DNA of 64,000 nucleotides from a virus. The stretch is from the IMG/VR virus record IMGVR_UViG_3300006163_000001. One strand, written 5' to 3'. This document shows positions 1 through 8,745 of the stretch, one piece after another. How positions within the stretch are numbered: the stretch's first letter is position 1; every line of letters starts with the position of its first letter. Under the pieces are notes generated by a model, which was not told the origin of the DNA, searched no databases, and worked only from the letters and a program-made list of their open reading frames with translations. The position numbers and the translations under genes were made by a program.

Positions 1-423
1 GGGTTCGCCAACTTCCGCCACGTTCCCCACAAGCACGTCGGCGGCCTCTGCTTCGAGTGCGACGGCTACGGAGTCATCCCGGTCGCCAACGCCGCCGCCT
101 ACCTGCGTCGACAGCAGGCCGCCACGGACGCCCGCCTCGCCCGTGAACGGGCCCGGATCGACGAGCGGAAGGCAAAGGACGCCGCCGCCCACGATGCCGC
201 CTTCGACCGCTACGGCGACGAGTACCGCCTCGTGTACGCGCTGGCCCGCTACGACCACCGCGCCACCCTCGGCGCCTCCATCGACCTCAACGCCTACCGG
301 GCCAACGACAAGGCCGCCATGCGCCGCGTGCGTGACCGACTGCCGTACATGGTCGAAGGCGCAGGACTGGACGGGTTGGGCCTGGAGGAGATCGAAGCAC
401 TCGGAACGCTGGACCCGGAATGA
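1..423 (+). CDS. hypothetical protein, 5'-truncated at window edge; has a DnaJ-type CxxCxGxG zinc-finger motif (CFECDGYG)
   Basis: Frame 1 is open from base 1 to TGA 421-423 with GC-rich third positions. Its stop overlaps the next ATG (ATGA at 420-423). Confidence 0.6.
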   Translation, partial: GFANFRHVPHKHVGGLCFECDGYGVIPVANAAAYLRRQQAATDARLARERARIDERKAKDAAAHDAAFDRYGDEYRLVYALARYDHRATLGASIDLNAYRANDKAAMRRVRDRLPYMVEGAGLDGLGLEEIEALGTLDPE

Positions 424-1298
424 GGTTCTACCTGGGCACTCCCGAGCCGCACTGGTTGTGGGATCCAGACCCGCGATTCAACGACGTGGTGTTCTTCGTG
501 TCCCGCACCCGGCTGGCCCGGCGGGTCACGGAGTTCCCGCGCGCCCTGCACGACTTCTGCCTGGACTCCGGCGGATTCACCGAACTCCAGCGCCACGGCC
601 GGTGGACCCTCACCGCCGAGGAGTATGTGGCCGAGGTACGCCGCTACCGCGACCAGCTCGGCCCGGAACGGATGCTGTGGGCCGCCCCGCAGGACCTCAT
701 GTGCGAGGAGGTCGTCATCCGCGGCGGCTTCTTCCACGGGCAGCTCTTCCACGGCACCCGGGAACTCCGCGGCCTGAAGCCCGGCGACCCCGAGCAGGAC
801 CTGACCACCGCGGTCCGGATCCACCAGCGCCTCACCGTCGACAACGCGGTTGAACTGCGCCGCCTCGCCCCGGACATCCCGTTCATCCTCGTCATCCAGG
901 GCTACAGCCTCGAGGACTACAAGCACTGCGCCCGCCTCTACGCGGAAGCCGGATTCGACCTGGCGGCAGAACCGGTCGTGGGCCTGGGCTCGGTATGCCG
1001 CCGCCAGGACACCGAGGAGATAGCCGAGATCGTCGACTACTTCCACGGCCAGGGCCTCCGCCTGCACGGCTTCGGGGTGAAGACCGACGGGCTCGGCATC
1101 TATGGCGACCAGCTCGCATCCGCAGACTCGCAGGCCTGGTCGTTCGGCTACCGCAAGAAGCGGCAGCGTCTGGCGCAGTGCACGCACCGTGCGAAGACCT
1201 GCGCGAACTGCAAGGAAGGCGCCCTCGCCTGGCGTGCTCGCATACTGGCCGGAGTCACCGAACCTCGCCAGTTGTCGTTCTTCACCCGCGCCGTCTGA
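420..1298 (+). CDS. dpdA: tRNA-guanine transglycosylase-like / DpdA-type 7-deazaguanine DNA transglycosylase
   Basis: 292 aa. N-terminus MRFYLGTPEPHWL, TGT-type motif LDSGGFTE, and C-terminal Cys cluster CTHRAKTCANC (Zn-site-like). ATGA-coupled to the upstream ORF. Confidence 0.75.
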   Translation: MRFYLGTPEPHWLWDPDPRFNDVVFFVSRTRLARRVTEFPRALHDFCLDSGGFTELQRHGRWTLTAEEYVAEVRRYRDQLGPERMLWAAPQDLMCEEVVIRGGFFHGQLFHGTRELRGLKPGDPEQDLTTAVRIHQRLTVDNAVELRRLAPDIPFILVIQGYSLEDYKHCARLYAEAGFDLAAEPVVGLGSVCRRQDTEEIAEIVDYFHGQGLRLHGFGVKTDGLGIYGDQLASADSQAWSFGYRKKRQRLAQCTHRAKTCANCKEGALAWRARILAGVTEPRQLSFFTRAV

Positions 1299-1319
1299 GC
1301 CCCGCCACCGTGCGGGGCT
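1298..1319. terminator. stem-loop between convergent genes
   Basis: AGCCCCGC-caccgt-GCGGGGCT, an 8-bp stem directly after the dpdA-like stop. Confidence 0.6.
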
Positions 1320-1322
1320 TCG

Positions 1323-2054
1323 TCATGCCGCGACTCCTGCCGCTTCGGCGAGCACGGCGTCTTGTGCGGCCCGGAGTTCCCGCCATTCCCCGATCGTCTC
1401 CCACCGGGTGTTGCAGCCGCCGCATCGCACGCGGTGGCTGGCGGCGGTGGCGGTGAGCGGCGTCCAGCACAGGCTGTCGCCGACACGGACTGGGCAGTTG
1501 CCGATCTGCACGCGGCCGGGGCGGCGTTCGTCCCGCACCAGCGCGGTGCATTCGGCGTGGAGGCGGCAGATCGTCTCAATGTCCTGGCCGACCGACTCAT
1601 AGGAGCCGCACGCCCACAGCAGGTTGTCGGCAAGGAACTTGGCATGGGCGGGCACCATGCGTGCCGGGTCGGTACGCCACAGCGCGAACACCCGATACTC
1701 GTCGGCGTGGACGACGGGGGCCCATTCGAGGGTCTTCCGCCACGAGTCCTCGATCTCTTGCAGTGCGGCGACGACTCCGCCGGGGCCGACGAGGTTGAGG
1801 ACGTCGAGGCGGGCGGGGATCGGCGCGGTGCGTGAGCCGGAGCCGCCGTTGGTGGCACGGCGGGCGCCCTTCATCAACGCGGCCGTCGTGTCCAGCTGCC
1901 GGAACAGGTGCGGGAGTTCGGTGATGCGGGCCAGGGTGCGGTCGCCGCACGGCCGGCAGGCGTACCGGTCGAGTTCGTCAGTCCACAGGTCTCGGCCGCA
2001 GGCGACGCATGTCGGCCATACGTAGTCGAGTTCGGCGGGGGCGGTGTCGTGCAT
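1323..2054 (-). CDS. hypothetical protein with CxxC...CxxC zinc-ribbon motifs
   Basis: Start moved to the internal ATG (MHDTAPAELDY), which is preceded by GAGGAG. The upstream part of the listed ORF looks non-coding. Confidence 0.7.
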   Translation of the reverse strand: MHDTAPAELDYVWPTCVACGRDLWTDELDRYACRPCGDRTLARITELPHLFRQLDTTAALMKGARRATNGGSGSRTAPIPARLDVLNLVGPGGVVAALQEIEDSWRKTLEWAPVVHADEYRVFALWRTDPARMVPAHAKFLADNLLWACGSYESVGQDIETICRLHAECTALVRDERRPGRVQIGNCPVRVGDSLCWTPLTATAASHRVRCGGCNTRWETIGEWRELRAAQDAVLAEAAGVAA

Positions 2055-2370
2055 GGTGCGGCTCCTCGGCGGCGGTACGAGAAACAGGGGCACTACTGAG
2101 CCAATTGTGCACGAGGGGTTGACACTCCGGACCAATGGCACAGCACATGCCCTTCTGGCGGCTTCCGTGGTTCAACACCCGCTCCCCCACCGTCCGCGCC
2201 ACACTGCCGGTATGGACGACGTCGCCTACATGGTTCGCGGCCGGACACGGGCGCTCTGCCAGGAAGCCCTGGACCGTCTGTGCGCCGCCCTGGGTGCGCG
2301 GCCGACAATGCTGCCGTCGGACACCGTCGGCCCAGGGTGGGTGGCGCGGGCCGTGCCGGACACGACGAAA

Positions 2371-2391
2371 GCCCCGGCCGGCGGCCGGGGC
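2371..2391 (-). terminator. stem-loop downstream of gene 2407-2895
   Basis: GCCCCGGCC-ggc-GGCCGGGGC, 9-bp stem. Confidence 0.55.
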
Positions 2392-2406
2392 CCTGCTGCT
2401 GGCTGA

Positions 2407-2895
2407 TCAGGCGGTCGCCGCCTCGCTCCTCTGCCGGTAGGTGACCACGGCCGCGTTCTCCCACTCCCCGTCGGTGAGGAGCCGGTACGGCCCTTCGGCG
2501 CCCTCGCCGCTCGCGAAGAACGGCTCAAGGACCGGGCTGCCGTCGCGCTCGAATCCGGTGTGCTTCCAGACGATGCCGCGCCCGTCGTAGCGGGTTCCAG
2601 CGGGCAGGAACTGGTCGCGGAGGTCGAACTCTTCGCCGGTGTCGGGGTTGGTCCACGTGTTGGCTTTGTCGGCGGCCTCGGAGCAGGCCTGGCACTGGTT
2701 GTCGCCGTACAGATGCTGTCCGCAGAAGTAGCCGCCGCAGCCGTGTTCGTCGCCGCCGGGGAACTTCCCGCAGAGGTAGGCGAGTCCGCGGTCGATCTTC
2801 TCGTCGCAACCGTCTTCCTCGCAGACGGCTTCGACGCTGTAGCCGGCCTCGATCTTCTCGCCGTTGTGGGTGATCTCGTAGTACGCGTATCCCAT
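2407..2895 (-). CDS. Cys-rich hypothetical protein
   Basis: 162-aa ORF with realistic composition and many Cys (CEEDGCDEK...CGGYFCGQH...CQAC). Confidence 0.75.
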   Translation of the reverse strand: MGYAYYEITHNGEKIEAGYSVEAVCEEDGCDEKIDRGLAYLCGKFPGGDEHGCGGYFCGQHLYGDNQCQACSEAADKANTWTNPDTGEEFDLRDQFLPAGTRYDGRGIVWKHTGFERDGSPVLEPFFASGEGAEGPYRLLTDGEWENAAVVTYRQRSEAATA

Positions 2896-2928
2896 GGGGT
2901 GAGTGTCCTCTCGTGTACGGTCCGGGCT

Positions 2929-2959
2929 GAGCCCGCGGCGCTTCGATCGCCGCGGGCTC
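2929..2959 (-). terminator. strong stem-loop
   Basis: GAGCCCGCGGCG-cttcgat-CGCCGCGGGCTC, 12-bp perfect stem. Confidence 0.6.
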
Positions 2960-2977
2960 GCTGGATGGTTGGGGCGG

Positions 2978-3256
2978 CTACTGGCCGGCGTTGTCGATCA
3001 GCCACTGGCCGTAGGTGCGGTCGGCGTCGGCGTGGATGTCGGCGGGGTCCCAGCCGGCGTCGGCGGCGTGCTGGATGGCGGGTATGACGTGGAGCAGGTA
3101 GTGCATGCGGTGTGCGTCGGCGGCGCGTTGCAGGCGCTGGTTGTCGATGAGGAAGCGGACGGCTAGGTCGCGGAGTTCGTGCCGGTCGTCTTCGGTGTAG
3201 GCGCCCGGGGTGATGACTCCGGTCAGGAATTCGGGGGCGTCGATGGTGGTGCGCAT
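2978..3256 (-). CDS. hypothetical protein
   Basis: 92-aa ORF with GAAGGAGAA upstream of the ATG. Confidence 0.7.
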   Translation of the reverse strand: MRTTIDAPEFLTGVITPGAYTEDDRHELRDLAVRFLIDNQRLQRAADAHRMHYLLHVIPAIQHAADAGWDPADIHADADRTYGQWLIDNAGQ

Positions 3257-3279
3257 GGTCTTCTCCTTCGGTGGTGGGG

Positions 3280-3693
3280 TCAGGGCTTCTTCTTGCCGGG
3301 CTTGAGGCCGAGCTTGGTTGCGGTCCAGCCGACGGCGAGGACGACGGCGGCGAGGGACACGGCGACCATGGGGATGTTGGCGGAGACGACGCCGATGATC
3401 CCCATCAGGGTGCCGCCCATGATGACGGTGACGGCGCAGGCGCAGCCGGTGAGGACGACGGCGACGACGAGCCAGATGAGCGCGTACATCATGAACTCGC
3501 GCTGCTCACGGCTCATGCCCTGCTGCTCCGGCAACTGGACGACGATGTTCGCCGGGGGCGGGGGCTGGCCGATGGTGAAGTGGTAGGGGACGCCGTTGCG
3601 GTACATGACGTGCGGCGGCTGGTGGTGGGCGGGGATGACCGGCTGCTGCCCGAGCATCACGTCGGGCAGCTGCTCGGGCGGCAACTGGGTCAT
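3280..3693 (-). CDS. membrane protein (Pro/Gln-rich N-terminus, 2-3 TM helices, Lys-rich tail)
   Basis: 137-aa ORF with hydrophobic stretches LIWLVVAVVLTGCACAVTVIMGG and MVAVSLAAVVLAVGW. RBS GAAGGAGA. Confidence 0.75.
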   Translation of the reverse strand: MTQLPPEQLPDVMLGQQPVIPAHHQPPHVMYRNGVPYHFTIGQPPPPANIVVQLPEQQGMSREQREFMMYALIWLVVAVVLTGCACAVTVIMGGTLMGIIGVVSANIPMVAVSLAAVVLAVGWTATKLGLKPGKKKP

Positions 3694-3712
3694 GGCGTAG
3701 GTCTCCTTCGGG

Positions 3713-3856
3713 TTAGTGGCGGTTGCTGTCGCAGACGGGGAGCTTGCGTCCGCCGAAGAAGCCGACGGAGATGAAGCGGGTGGCGGGTCGCCCGCACCGG
3801 TAACAGGCGTGGCCGTTCGGCTGGGGCTTCGGGCGCTTGTAAATCTCGTAGGTCAC
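3713..3856 (-). CDS. small zinc-ribbon protein (47 aa; not in ORF track)
   Basis: GTG start preceded by GAAGGAGAACCC. Translation is VTYEIYKRPKPQPNGHACYRCGRPATRF...LPVCDSNRH, in a GC3-rich frame. Confidence 0.5.
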   Translation of the reverse strand: MTYEIYKRPKPQPNGHACYRCGRPATRFISVGFFGGRKLPVCDSNRH

Positions 3857-3866
3857 GGGTTCTCCT

Positions 3867-4055
3867 TCAGGTGAGTTGGATGTTGGTGGCGGTCCAGGGG
3901 CGTCGGGCTCCCTTGCGGATGCCGTCCTGCCGAACCCAGTTGGCGACGGCGCTGCGGGCTTCGGCTTCGCTGCTGGCGCGGACGGTCCCAGCGGATTCGC
4001 CGTCGTCGTACTTGCCGTCGCTGACCTGGGCGGTCCAGCGGAAGGTCTTCTTCAC
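3867..4055 (-). CDS. hypothetical protein
   Basis: 62-aa ORF. Its GTG start overlaps the upstream stop (GTGA). Confidence 0.65.
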   Translation of the reverse strand: MKKTFRWTAQVSDGKYDDGESAGTVRASSEAEARSAVANWVRQDGIRKGARRPWTATNIQLT

Positions 4056-4273
4056 CGACGCCCGCGCTTGGGCTCGCTGTCGACGGCGGCGCCGAGGATC
4101 TGGAAGGCGATGGCCCGTCCGTCGAGCCCAGCGGCCTCGGCCTTCTTGACGACCTTGTCGGCGTGGCTCTTGCTGCCGCGGCCGAGGATTCCGCCCTGCT
4201 GGAGTTGGCGGCCGGCTTCGCGGATGTCGGCGGCGGTCGGGCTGCTGTCGGTCTTGCTCTTGCGTCCGAACAT
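4052..4273 (-). CDS. hypothetical protein (73 aa)
   Basis: Internal ATG (MFGRKSKTDSS) preceded by GAAGGAGAA. The rest of listed ORF 4052-5017 is Arg/Pro-rich shadow. Confidence 0.6.
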   Translation of the reverse strand: MFGRKSKTDSSPTAADIREAGRQLQQGGILGRGSKSHADKVVKKAEAAGLDGRAIAFQILGAAVDSEPKRGRR

Positions 4274-4289
4274 GGCGTTCTCCTTCGGG

Positions 4290-4619
4290 TCAGCGGAACT
4301 TGCGGGCGGCGGAGTCGGCGCGGTTGCGCTTCTGCTTGGCGTCGTTGCGGGCCTTGCGGGCGGCCTGCTTTTCGGGGCCGCGGGCGGTGCGCAGGGCGAC
4401 CTCGGCGCGGGCCAGGTCGTCCTCGGCGGCGTCGAGGGCGCTGAAGGCGATGTGCGCCTGTCGGTCGCGCCGCTCCTGCGCCTTGTCGTAGATGCGGTCG
4501 GATCGGTCACCGTGACCGCCGTCCGCGGCCTCGTGACCGTTGCGGACGACCTGACGGCCGCCCTTGACGGCGTGTCCGGCGATGCCGAACACCTCGCCCC
4601 ACGTGAACATGCCGGGCAT
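4290..4619 (-). CDS. hypothetical protein, charged/coiled C-terminus
   Basis: 109-aa ORF with RBS AAGGAGA. Confidence 0.65.
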   Translation of the reverse strand: MPGMFTWGEVFGIAGHAVKGGRQVVRNGHEAADGGHGDRSDRIYDKAQERRDRQAHIAFSALDAAEDDLARAEVALRTARGPEKQAARKARNDAKQKRNRADSAARKFR

Positions 4620-4647
4620 TGGATCTCCTTCTGTTTGGGTGTTGGGA

Positions 4648-5388
4648 TTACTTGGATCGGTGGATGCTCAGCGCTTCCAGGACTCGCTGACGAGCGATGG
4701 AGGCACGGCCTTGGTACGGGTAGGGCGGGGCGCCCGCTGCTCGCAGCACGCGCGTGAGGTCCTGGAACGTCCAGCTCCGATAGGTGTCGGGGGCGCGTTC
4801 CGCAAGGCGCTGTAGCGCTTCCTGGGTGCGCATGCGGGGTGCGTCGTCGAGGATCGCCGTCAAGTCGTCGAGCAGCGCGATCTGCTCGGCCTCGGTCGGC
4901 TGCTGGTGAACGACGACTCGCCTGCGAGCCTCGGGTGTCGCTCGCTCGCCCTGGCGGGGCGTCTGGCGGTTGCGGTCCTCGATGTAGCGCTTGATCTGCG
5001 GCGAGAGTTGGAACCACTCGGTGTCGTCGACTCGGTCGTTGGCGAAGCGTGCGTGGAGGGCCCGCTCAAGGTCGGGGCCGCCGGCCAGTGCGAGCAGCAA
5101 ATTGTCCGGTCGCAGTGTCAGGCCGTTGACGCGCTTCTTGAGGTTCGAGGTGTACCCGATCTTTACGCGGTCACCGTGGGCGATGAAGTAGACGACCAGG
5201 TCGTGGCCACCCTGAAGGAGGTGGTTCATCTCGACGGGCTGGGCTTCGCTCGCCATCTGGTCGCGCAGGACGTCGGGCACCACGGCGAGGGCGACCTGCA
5301 GGCGGTGACTGGCGCACAACGGCACCGGGTCGACCATGACGGGATCAAGGTCACAGGGGCGACCATCGTCGCGGGCCACGCAGTGCAT
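4648..5388 (-). CDS. T5orf172 / GIY-YIG-superfamily domain protein with C-terminal DNA-binding-like region
   Basis: Motif VYFIAHGDRVKIGYTSNLKKRVNGL...LHARF...DTEWF. ATG at 5388 is preceded by GGAGG. Confidence 0.7.
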   Translation of the reverse strand: MHCVARDDGRPCDLDPVMVDPVPLCASHRLQVALAVVPDVLRDQMASEAQPVEMNHLLQGGHDLVVYFIAHGDRVKIGYTSNLKKRVNGLTLRPDNLLLALAGGPDLERALHARFANDRVDDTEWFQLSPQIKRYIEDRNRQTPRQGERATPEARRRVVVHQQPTEAEQIALLDDLTAILDDAPRMRTQEALQRLAERAPDTYRSWTFQDLTRVLRAAGAPPYPYQGRASIARQRVLEALSIHRSK

Positions 5389-5420
5389 AAGGGCCTCCAA
5401 GAGGGGTCATCGGGGGTGGC

Positions 5421-5575
5421 GCTACACCCCCTCTACCGGCATTACTTCGCAGGTCAGAGGGGTCTACCGGGGGCGCTACCGGGGTAATGGGCCCCCGCTA
5501 CTTTCGGGCCCCCGGTAGAGGGCTTGTTGATGTTGGTCGGGTAGTGGGGTTGGTAGAGCCCGTGGGCTCTACCGG
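5421..5575. repeat. array of CTACCGG / CCGGTAG heptamers and nested inverted repeats
   Basis: CTACCGG at 5433, 5464, 5476 and 5569; CCGGTAG at 5512; variants at 5538 and 5552. GGTAGAGCCC-gt-GGGCTCTACC palindrome at 5552-5573. 11-bp IR CCCTCTACCGG / CCGGTAGAGGG. Confidence 0.7.
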
Positions 5576-7684
5576 TCATGCCGCGGCGAGATCGTTGAGG
5601 AGCTCGACGGGTACGGCGTCTTCGATGTCGCGGCGCTGGTAGCCGGCCAAGTTTTCGCCGTTGATCTTCACCTGCTTGCTGGAGCGCTTCACGCCCGCCT
5701 TCTCCAGCTCCGCGGCGAGCTTCTCCGCGTTCCAGTCGCCGTAGGTGTCCTCATCGAGGCGGACCAGGGCGGCAAGCAGGTCAGTGGTGAACATGCGCAC
5801 CGAGTGACGCATCGCTTCGAGGACGTCGGAGACGACCTCGGGCACCGTGTAGCCCTGCTCGCCAGCCGCCGACGTGACGTCGCCAAGCGCATCGCCAGAG
5901 AGCTGACCTGCAGCTTTGCGGAGTTCGCGCCCCTTGGAGCAGACCCCCACGAACGCGGGGCCGTCGAGGTAGTCGGCGAGGACGGTGACGAACGAGGCGG
6001 GTCCGGTGACGAGCACACCCACGCCCTTGTGGTCCTCGGACAGAACGGAGGCGTCCGCGCCCTGGCTGGCCTTCTTCTTGCCGAGGACCATGTCGGAGCT
6101 GGTCTGGTCGACGACCTGCGTGCAGTACCGGAGGGTGACGATCTCCCGCAGTTTCGTCGGAACGCTGTCGGCGTCCGGCCGCTGGGAGGCAAAGTTGCAG
6201 ATGAACCCGGCAGCCGGGCCACGCCGGGCGAGACGAGCGAGGTCGTTGATGACCTGGTCGCGTTCGTCCTGCTCCATCGCAGTCAGGTATTCCTGCAGCT
6301 CATCAATGGTGACGAAAATGAACGGCAGCTTGTACTTGACCTGCAGTTCCTTCGTCAGCTTGCCCTGCGGGCACAGCGAGGTGGGCACGCTGCGGAACAG
6401 GGCGAAGCGGCGCTCCATCTCCGCCAGCAGTTCCTTGAGCATGGCCTTCAGGGCTTGGATGGCGTCGTCCTCGGCGCCCATGACGAGCCGGTGGGCGATG
6501 GCCCGCATGGGCATCCAGTCGGCGCCGCCCTTGCCGTCGGCGACGTAGTGGCGCACCCACGGGTCGAGCACGCCGGCCGCGGTGAGCAGGCGTTGCGCGA
6601 ACGTCTTACCGCGCCGGGGCAGTCCGCCGAAGAACATGGACTGCCAGATGATGGGCAGGTCAATGCGGTTGGCGCGGGCGTCGCGGCCGAACGGGATGGG
6701 CTCCCACACGCTGAAGGTGTCCAGCTTGAGGAGTGGCGAGTTGTTCTGCGGCTCACCGTCGAGCAGGTAGGGGTCGCCGTCTGCAACCCACATCGACACT
6801 CGGCCGGCGTGTCCACCCTTGGCGGCGCGGACGCGGGCCATGATGACCTGGATCTCGTCGACGCCCAGCTCAGCGGCTATCTCGGTGCGTTTGGCGAGGA
6901 CGTCGGCGGCTTTCTTGCCGCCACCTCGGGGCAGGTCGAACACCACTGACCAGCCGTTTCCGTCCCGGAGCGGGCCCATGATGCAGTTGACCTTGGGTCC
7001 TTCGTCGTCGCCCTTGCCTTGCTTGAGGAGGCCGACGGCGCGCAGGGCGTCGTTGAGCTGCTGGGCGTCCATGGCGATCCGCAGGGGCGGCGTGCCGTGG
7101 TCGAGGATCTTCGCCTCGTCGGACCAGCCGATCACGGTGAGACCGCCGCAGACCATGCAGCCGACCAGGGCCTGCAGGCCCAGGCTCGCGAAGGAGACGG
7201 CTGCGGCGCCCACTCCGAGCAGGGCGAATGCGGCACCCCAGCGCCAGCGGCGGGCCTCGGTGCGTTCGCGGTGGGCGACCCGGTAGCGCAGGGCGAGCGC
7301 CTCGTCTTCCGGCTTCTCGCGGGACTGTGCACGCAGCGCCTTGACGGTGCGGGTGTGGTCGTCGGCGGCCAGGACCGGCCACAGGCGGCGGCCGCCACGG
7401 AATGCGCCGCGGGCGGAGTAGCCGGCGACCTTCACCGCGTACTTGGGGCTGCGAATGCCGTGGTAGCGGGCGTGCCACCAGCCGACCTTCCAGAGGGCGG
7501 CGTGGTTGGCGCGGATGGACGCCCAGTTGCGGGCCCACGCGGGCAGGACCGGGGTGTCGGGGACGGTGAGCCAGTCGGCGAGCGGGTTGTCGGCGCGGTC
7601 GACGGCTTCGACAACTTCCTCGGCCGCGGCGATGACGGCTTCGTCGTCCTTGGTGAGGTTGATGGGCTCGGCTGTCGTGGTCAT
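5576..7684 (-). CDS. FtsK/SpoIIIE-family dsDNA translocase (TraB-like)
   Basis: 702 aa with an N-terminal TM region. Walker A GLPRRGKT and Walker B FVTIDELQ. ATGA overlap with the upstream gene. Confidence 0.9.
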   Translation of the reverse strand: MTTTAEPINLTKDDEAVIAAAEEVVEAVDRADNPLADWLTVPDTPVLPAWARNWASIRANHAALWKVGWWHARYHGIRSPKYAVKVAGYSARGAFRGGRRLWPVLAADDHTRTVKALRAQSREKPEDEALALRYRVAHRERTEARRWRWGAAFALLGVGAAAVSFASLGLQALVGCMVCGGLTVIGWSDEAKILDHGTPPLRIAMDAQQLNDALRAVGLLKQGKGDDEGPKVNCIMGPLRDGNGWSVVFDLPRGGGKKAADVLAKRTEIAAELGVDEIQVIMARVRAAKGGHAGRVSMWVADGDPYLLDGEPQNNSPLLKLDTFSVWEPIPFGRDARANRIDLPIIWQSMFFGGLPRRGKTFAQRLLTAAGVLDPWVRHYVADGKGGADWMPMRAIAHRLVMGAEDDAIQALKAMLKELLAEMERRFALFRSVPTSLCPQGKLTKELQVKYKLPFIFVTIDELQEYLTAMEQDERDQVINDLARLARRGPAAGFICNFASQRPDADSVPTKLREIVTLRYCTQVVDQTSSDMVLGKKKASQGADASVLSEDHKGVGVLVTGPASFVTVLADYLDGPAFVGVCSKGRELRKAAGQLSGDALGDVTSAAGEQGYTVPEVVSDVLEAMRHSVRMFTTDLLAALVRLDEDTYGDWNAEKLAAELEKAGVKRSSKQVKINGENLAGYQRRDIEDAVPVELLNDLAAA

Positions 7685-8745
7685 TCGGTGCCGTCCAGGG
7701 AGGGCAGTTCTGCCCGGTCGAGGATCTCGGTTCGGATGTTCTTGGCGGTCGAGTCGGAGGGCCGCCCATGGCCGGCGTTGGCGATGGCGGTGGCGAACTC
7801 GGACGCGGTCGGGTTGCGCTTCAGCCGCTTGAACTCGGCGTGGAAGACGGGCTCGGTGAGGGTCACCCAGTCGTCCATGGCGCGACGGGCCGGCTGCTTC
7901 TTGGCGAGCTTCTGTCGGCTGCTGGCGGCCGTCTTCTTGGCGGCAGGTGTCGGCTTCTTGGCGGGGGCTTCCTGTCGCTTCTTGTCGTCGACAGGAGGGG
8001 CCTCTTGGCGGTCGCTGTTGTCGACAGGAAGGGGCGTCTTGGCGCCGGCAGTTGTCGCCGCTTCTGTCGGCGCCTGTGGCTGCTCCTGGCGGCCGGAGTT
8101 GTCGGCCGGCGCGGGTGCTTCCCGTCGCCGCTTCCGACGTTCACGGCGGGGCTTCGGCGGGGCGGTCATGAGGTGGACGCGCCACAGGATGAGGGAGGCG
8201 ACGGAGGCGACCATGGCGATCAGCCACCACGTCGGGCGGGCGGTCGGGGTGAGTCCGAACAGACGGGCGTCGGCGAGGTGGTAGGCGACGTTGGCGGTGA
8301 TGGTCAGGGTGATCGCCTGGACGATGTCGCGGTGCCGTCGGAACGCTTGGATGACGTAGACGTCGATGACGAACGGCAGGAGCCAGGCGACCTTGGCATC
8401 GAATCCGACCATGCGGGCGAGCGAGTACTCGCCGGAGGCGGTGAGACCGACGGTGCCGGCGATGATGGCGCGGGCCGCCCACGTGTCGAGTTTGTCGTCG
8501 CGCTTCTGCCGGGCCTCGGTCTCGGCGCGGGCCGCGGCCCGGATGCGGTCGGCGTCGGCCTGGGCCGCGTCGAGGGTTCGGGTACGGAGGTCGCGGGCCT
8601 CGGCGCGGGTCTTCTCCGCCTCGGCCTTGGCGGCGGCGTGCATGCGGTTGGCCTCGGCGAGGAGCTTCTCGGCTTCGGCGCGCGCCGCTTCGGTCCGTCC
8701 GTCGCGGATCGGGAGCGGCTGGAAGGCGCCGGGGTCGATGGTCAC
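7681..8745 (-). CDS. DUF2637-like membrane protein with Ala/Lys/Pro-rich linker
   Basis: GTG start (GGAGG upstream, GTGA overlap). TM core AWLLPFVIDVYVIQAF...ITANVAYHL...WWLIAMVASVASLILW. Confidence 0.75.
   Translation of the reverse strand: MTIDPGAFQPLPIRDGRTEAARAEAEKLLAEANRMHAAAKAEAEKTRAEARDLRTRTLDAAQADADRIRAAARAETEARQKRDDKLDTWAARAIIAGTVGLTASGEYSLARMVGFDAKVAWLLPFVIDVYVIQAFRRHRDIVQAITLTITANVAYHLADARLFGLTPTARPTWWLIAMVASVASLILWRVHLMTAPPKPRRERRKRRREAPAPADNSGRQEQPQAPTEAATTAGAKTPLPVDNSDRQEAPPVDDKKRQEAPAKKPTPAAKKTAASSRQKLAKKQPARRAMDDWVTLTEPVFHAEFKRLKRNPTASEFATAIANAGHGRPSDSTAKNIRTEILDRAELPSLDGTE

Noticed and set aside
143-853. Long ORFs rich in Arg/Pro/Ala/Gly lying out of frame or antisense to better ORFs. 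Examples are 143-853, 294-1187, 1148-1858, 2226-3005, 6870-7769, 22786-23415, 30923-31885, 36454-37755, 44856-46217 and 27799-28650.
   Set aside because: These are typical shadow ORFs of very GC-rich DNA. Their composition is implausible, and each overlaps a frame with recognisable domains or much better third-position GC bias.
2095-2130. Perfect TTGACA hexamer on the plus strand (within GGGGTTGACACTCC) as a promoter.
   Set aside because: No acceptable -10 (TANNNT) lies at 16-19 bp, and there is no plus-strand gene downstream.
2213-2406. Plus-strand 64-codon ORF (part of listed 2044-2406) in the gap between two minus-strand genes.
   Set aside because: Its 3' end runs through the GCCCCGGCC/GGCCGGGGC terminator hairpin of the neighbouring minus-strand gene. 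It has no RBS, so it is more likely intergenic.
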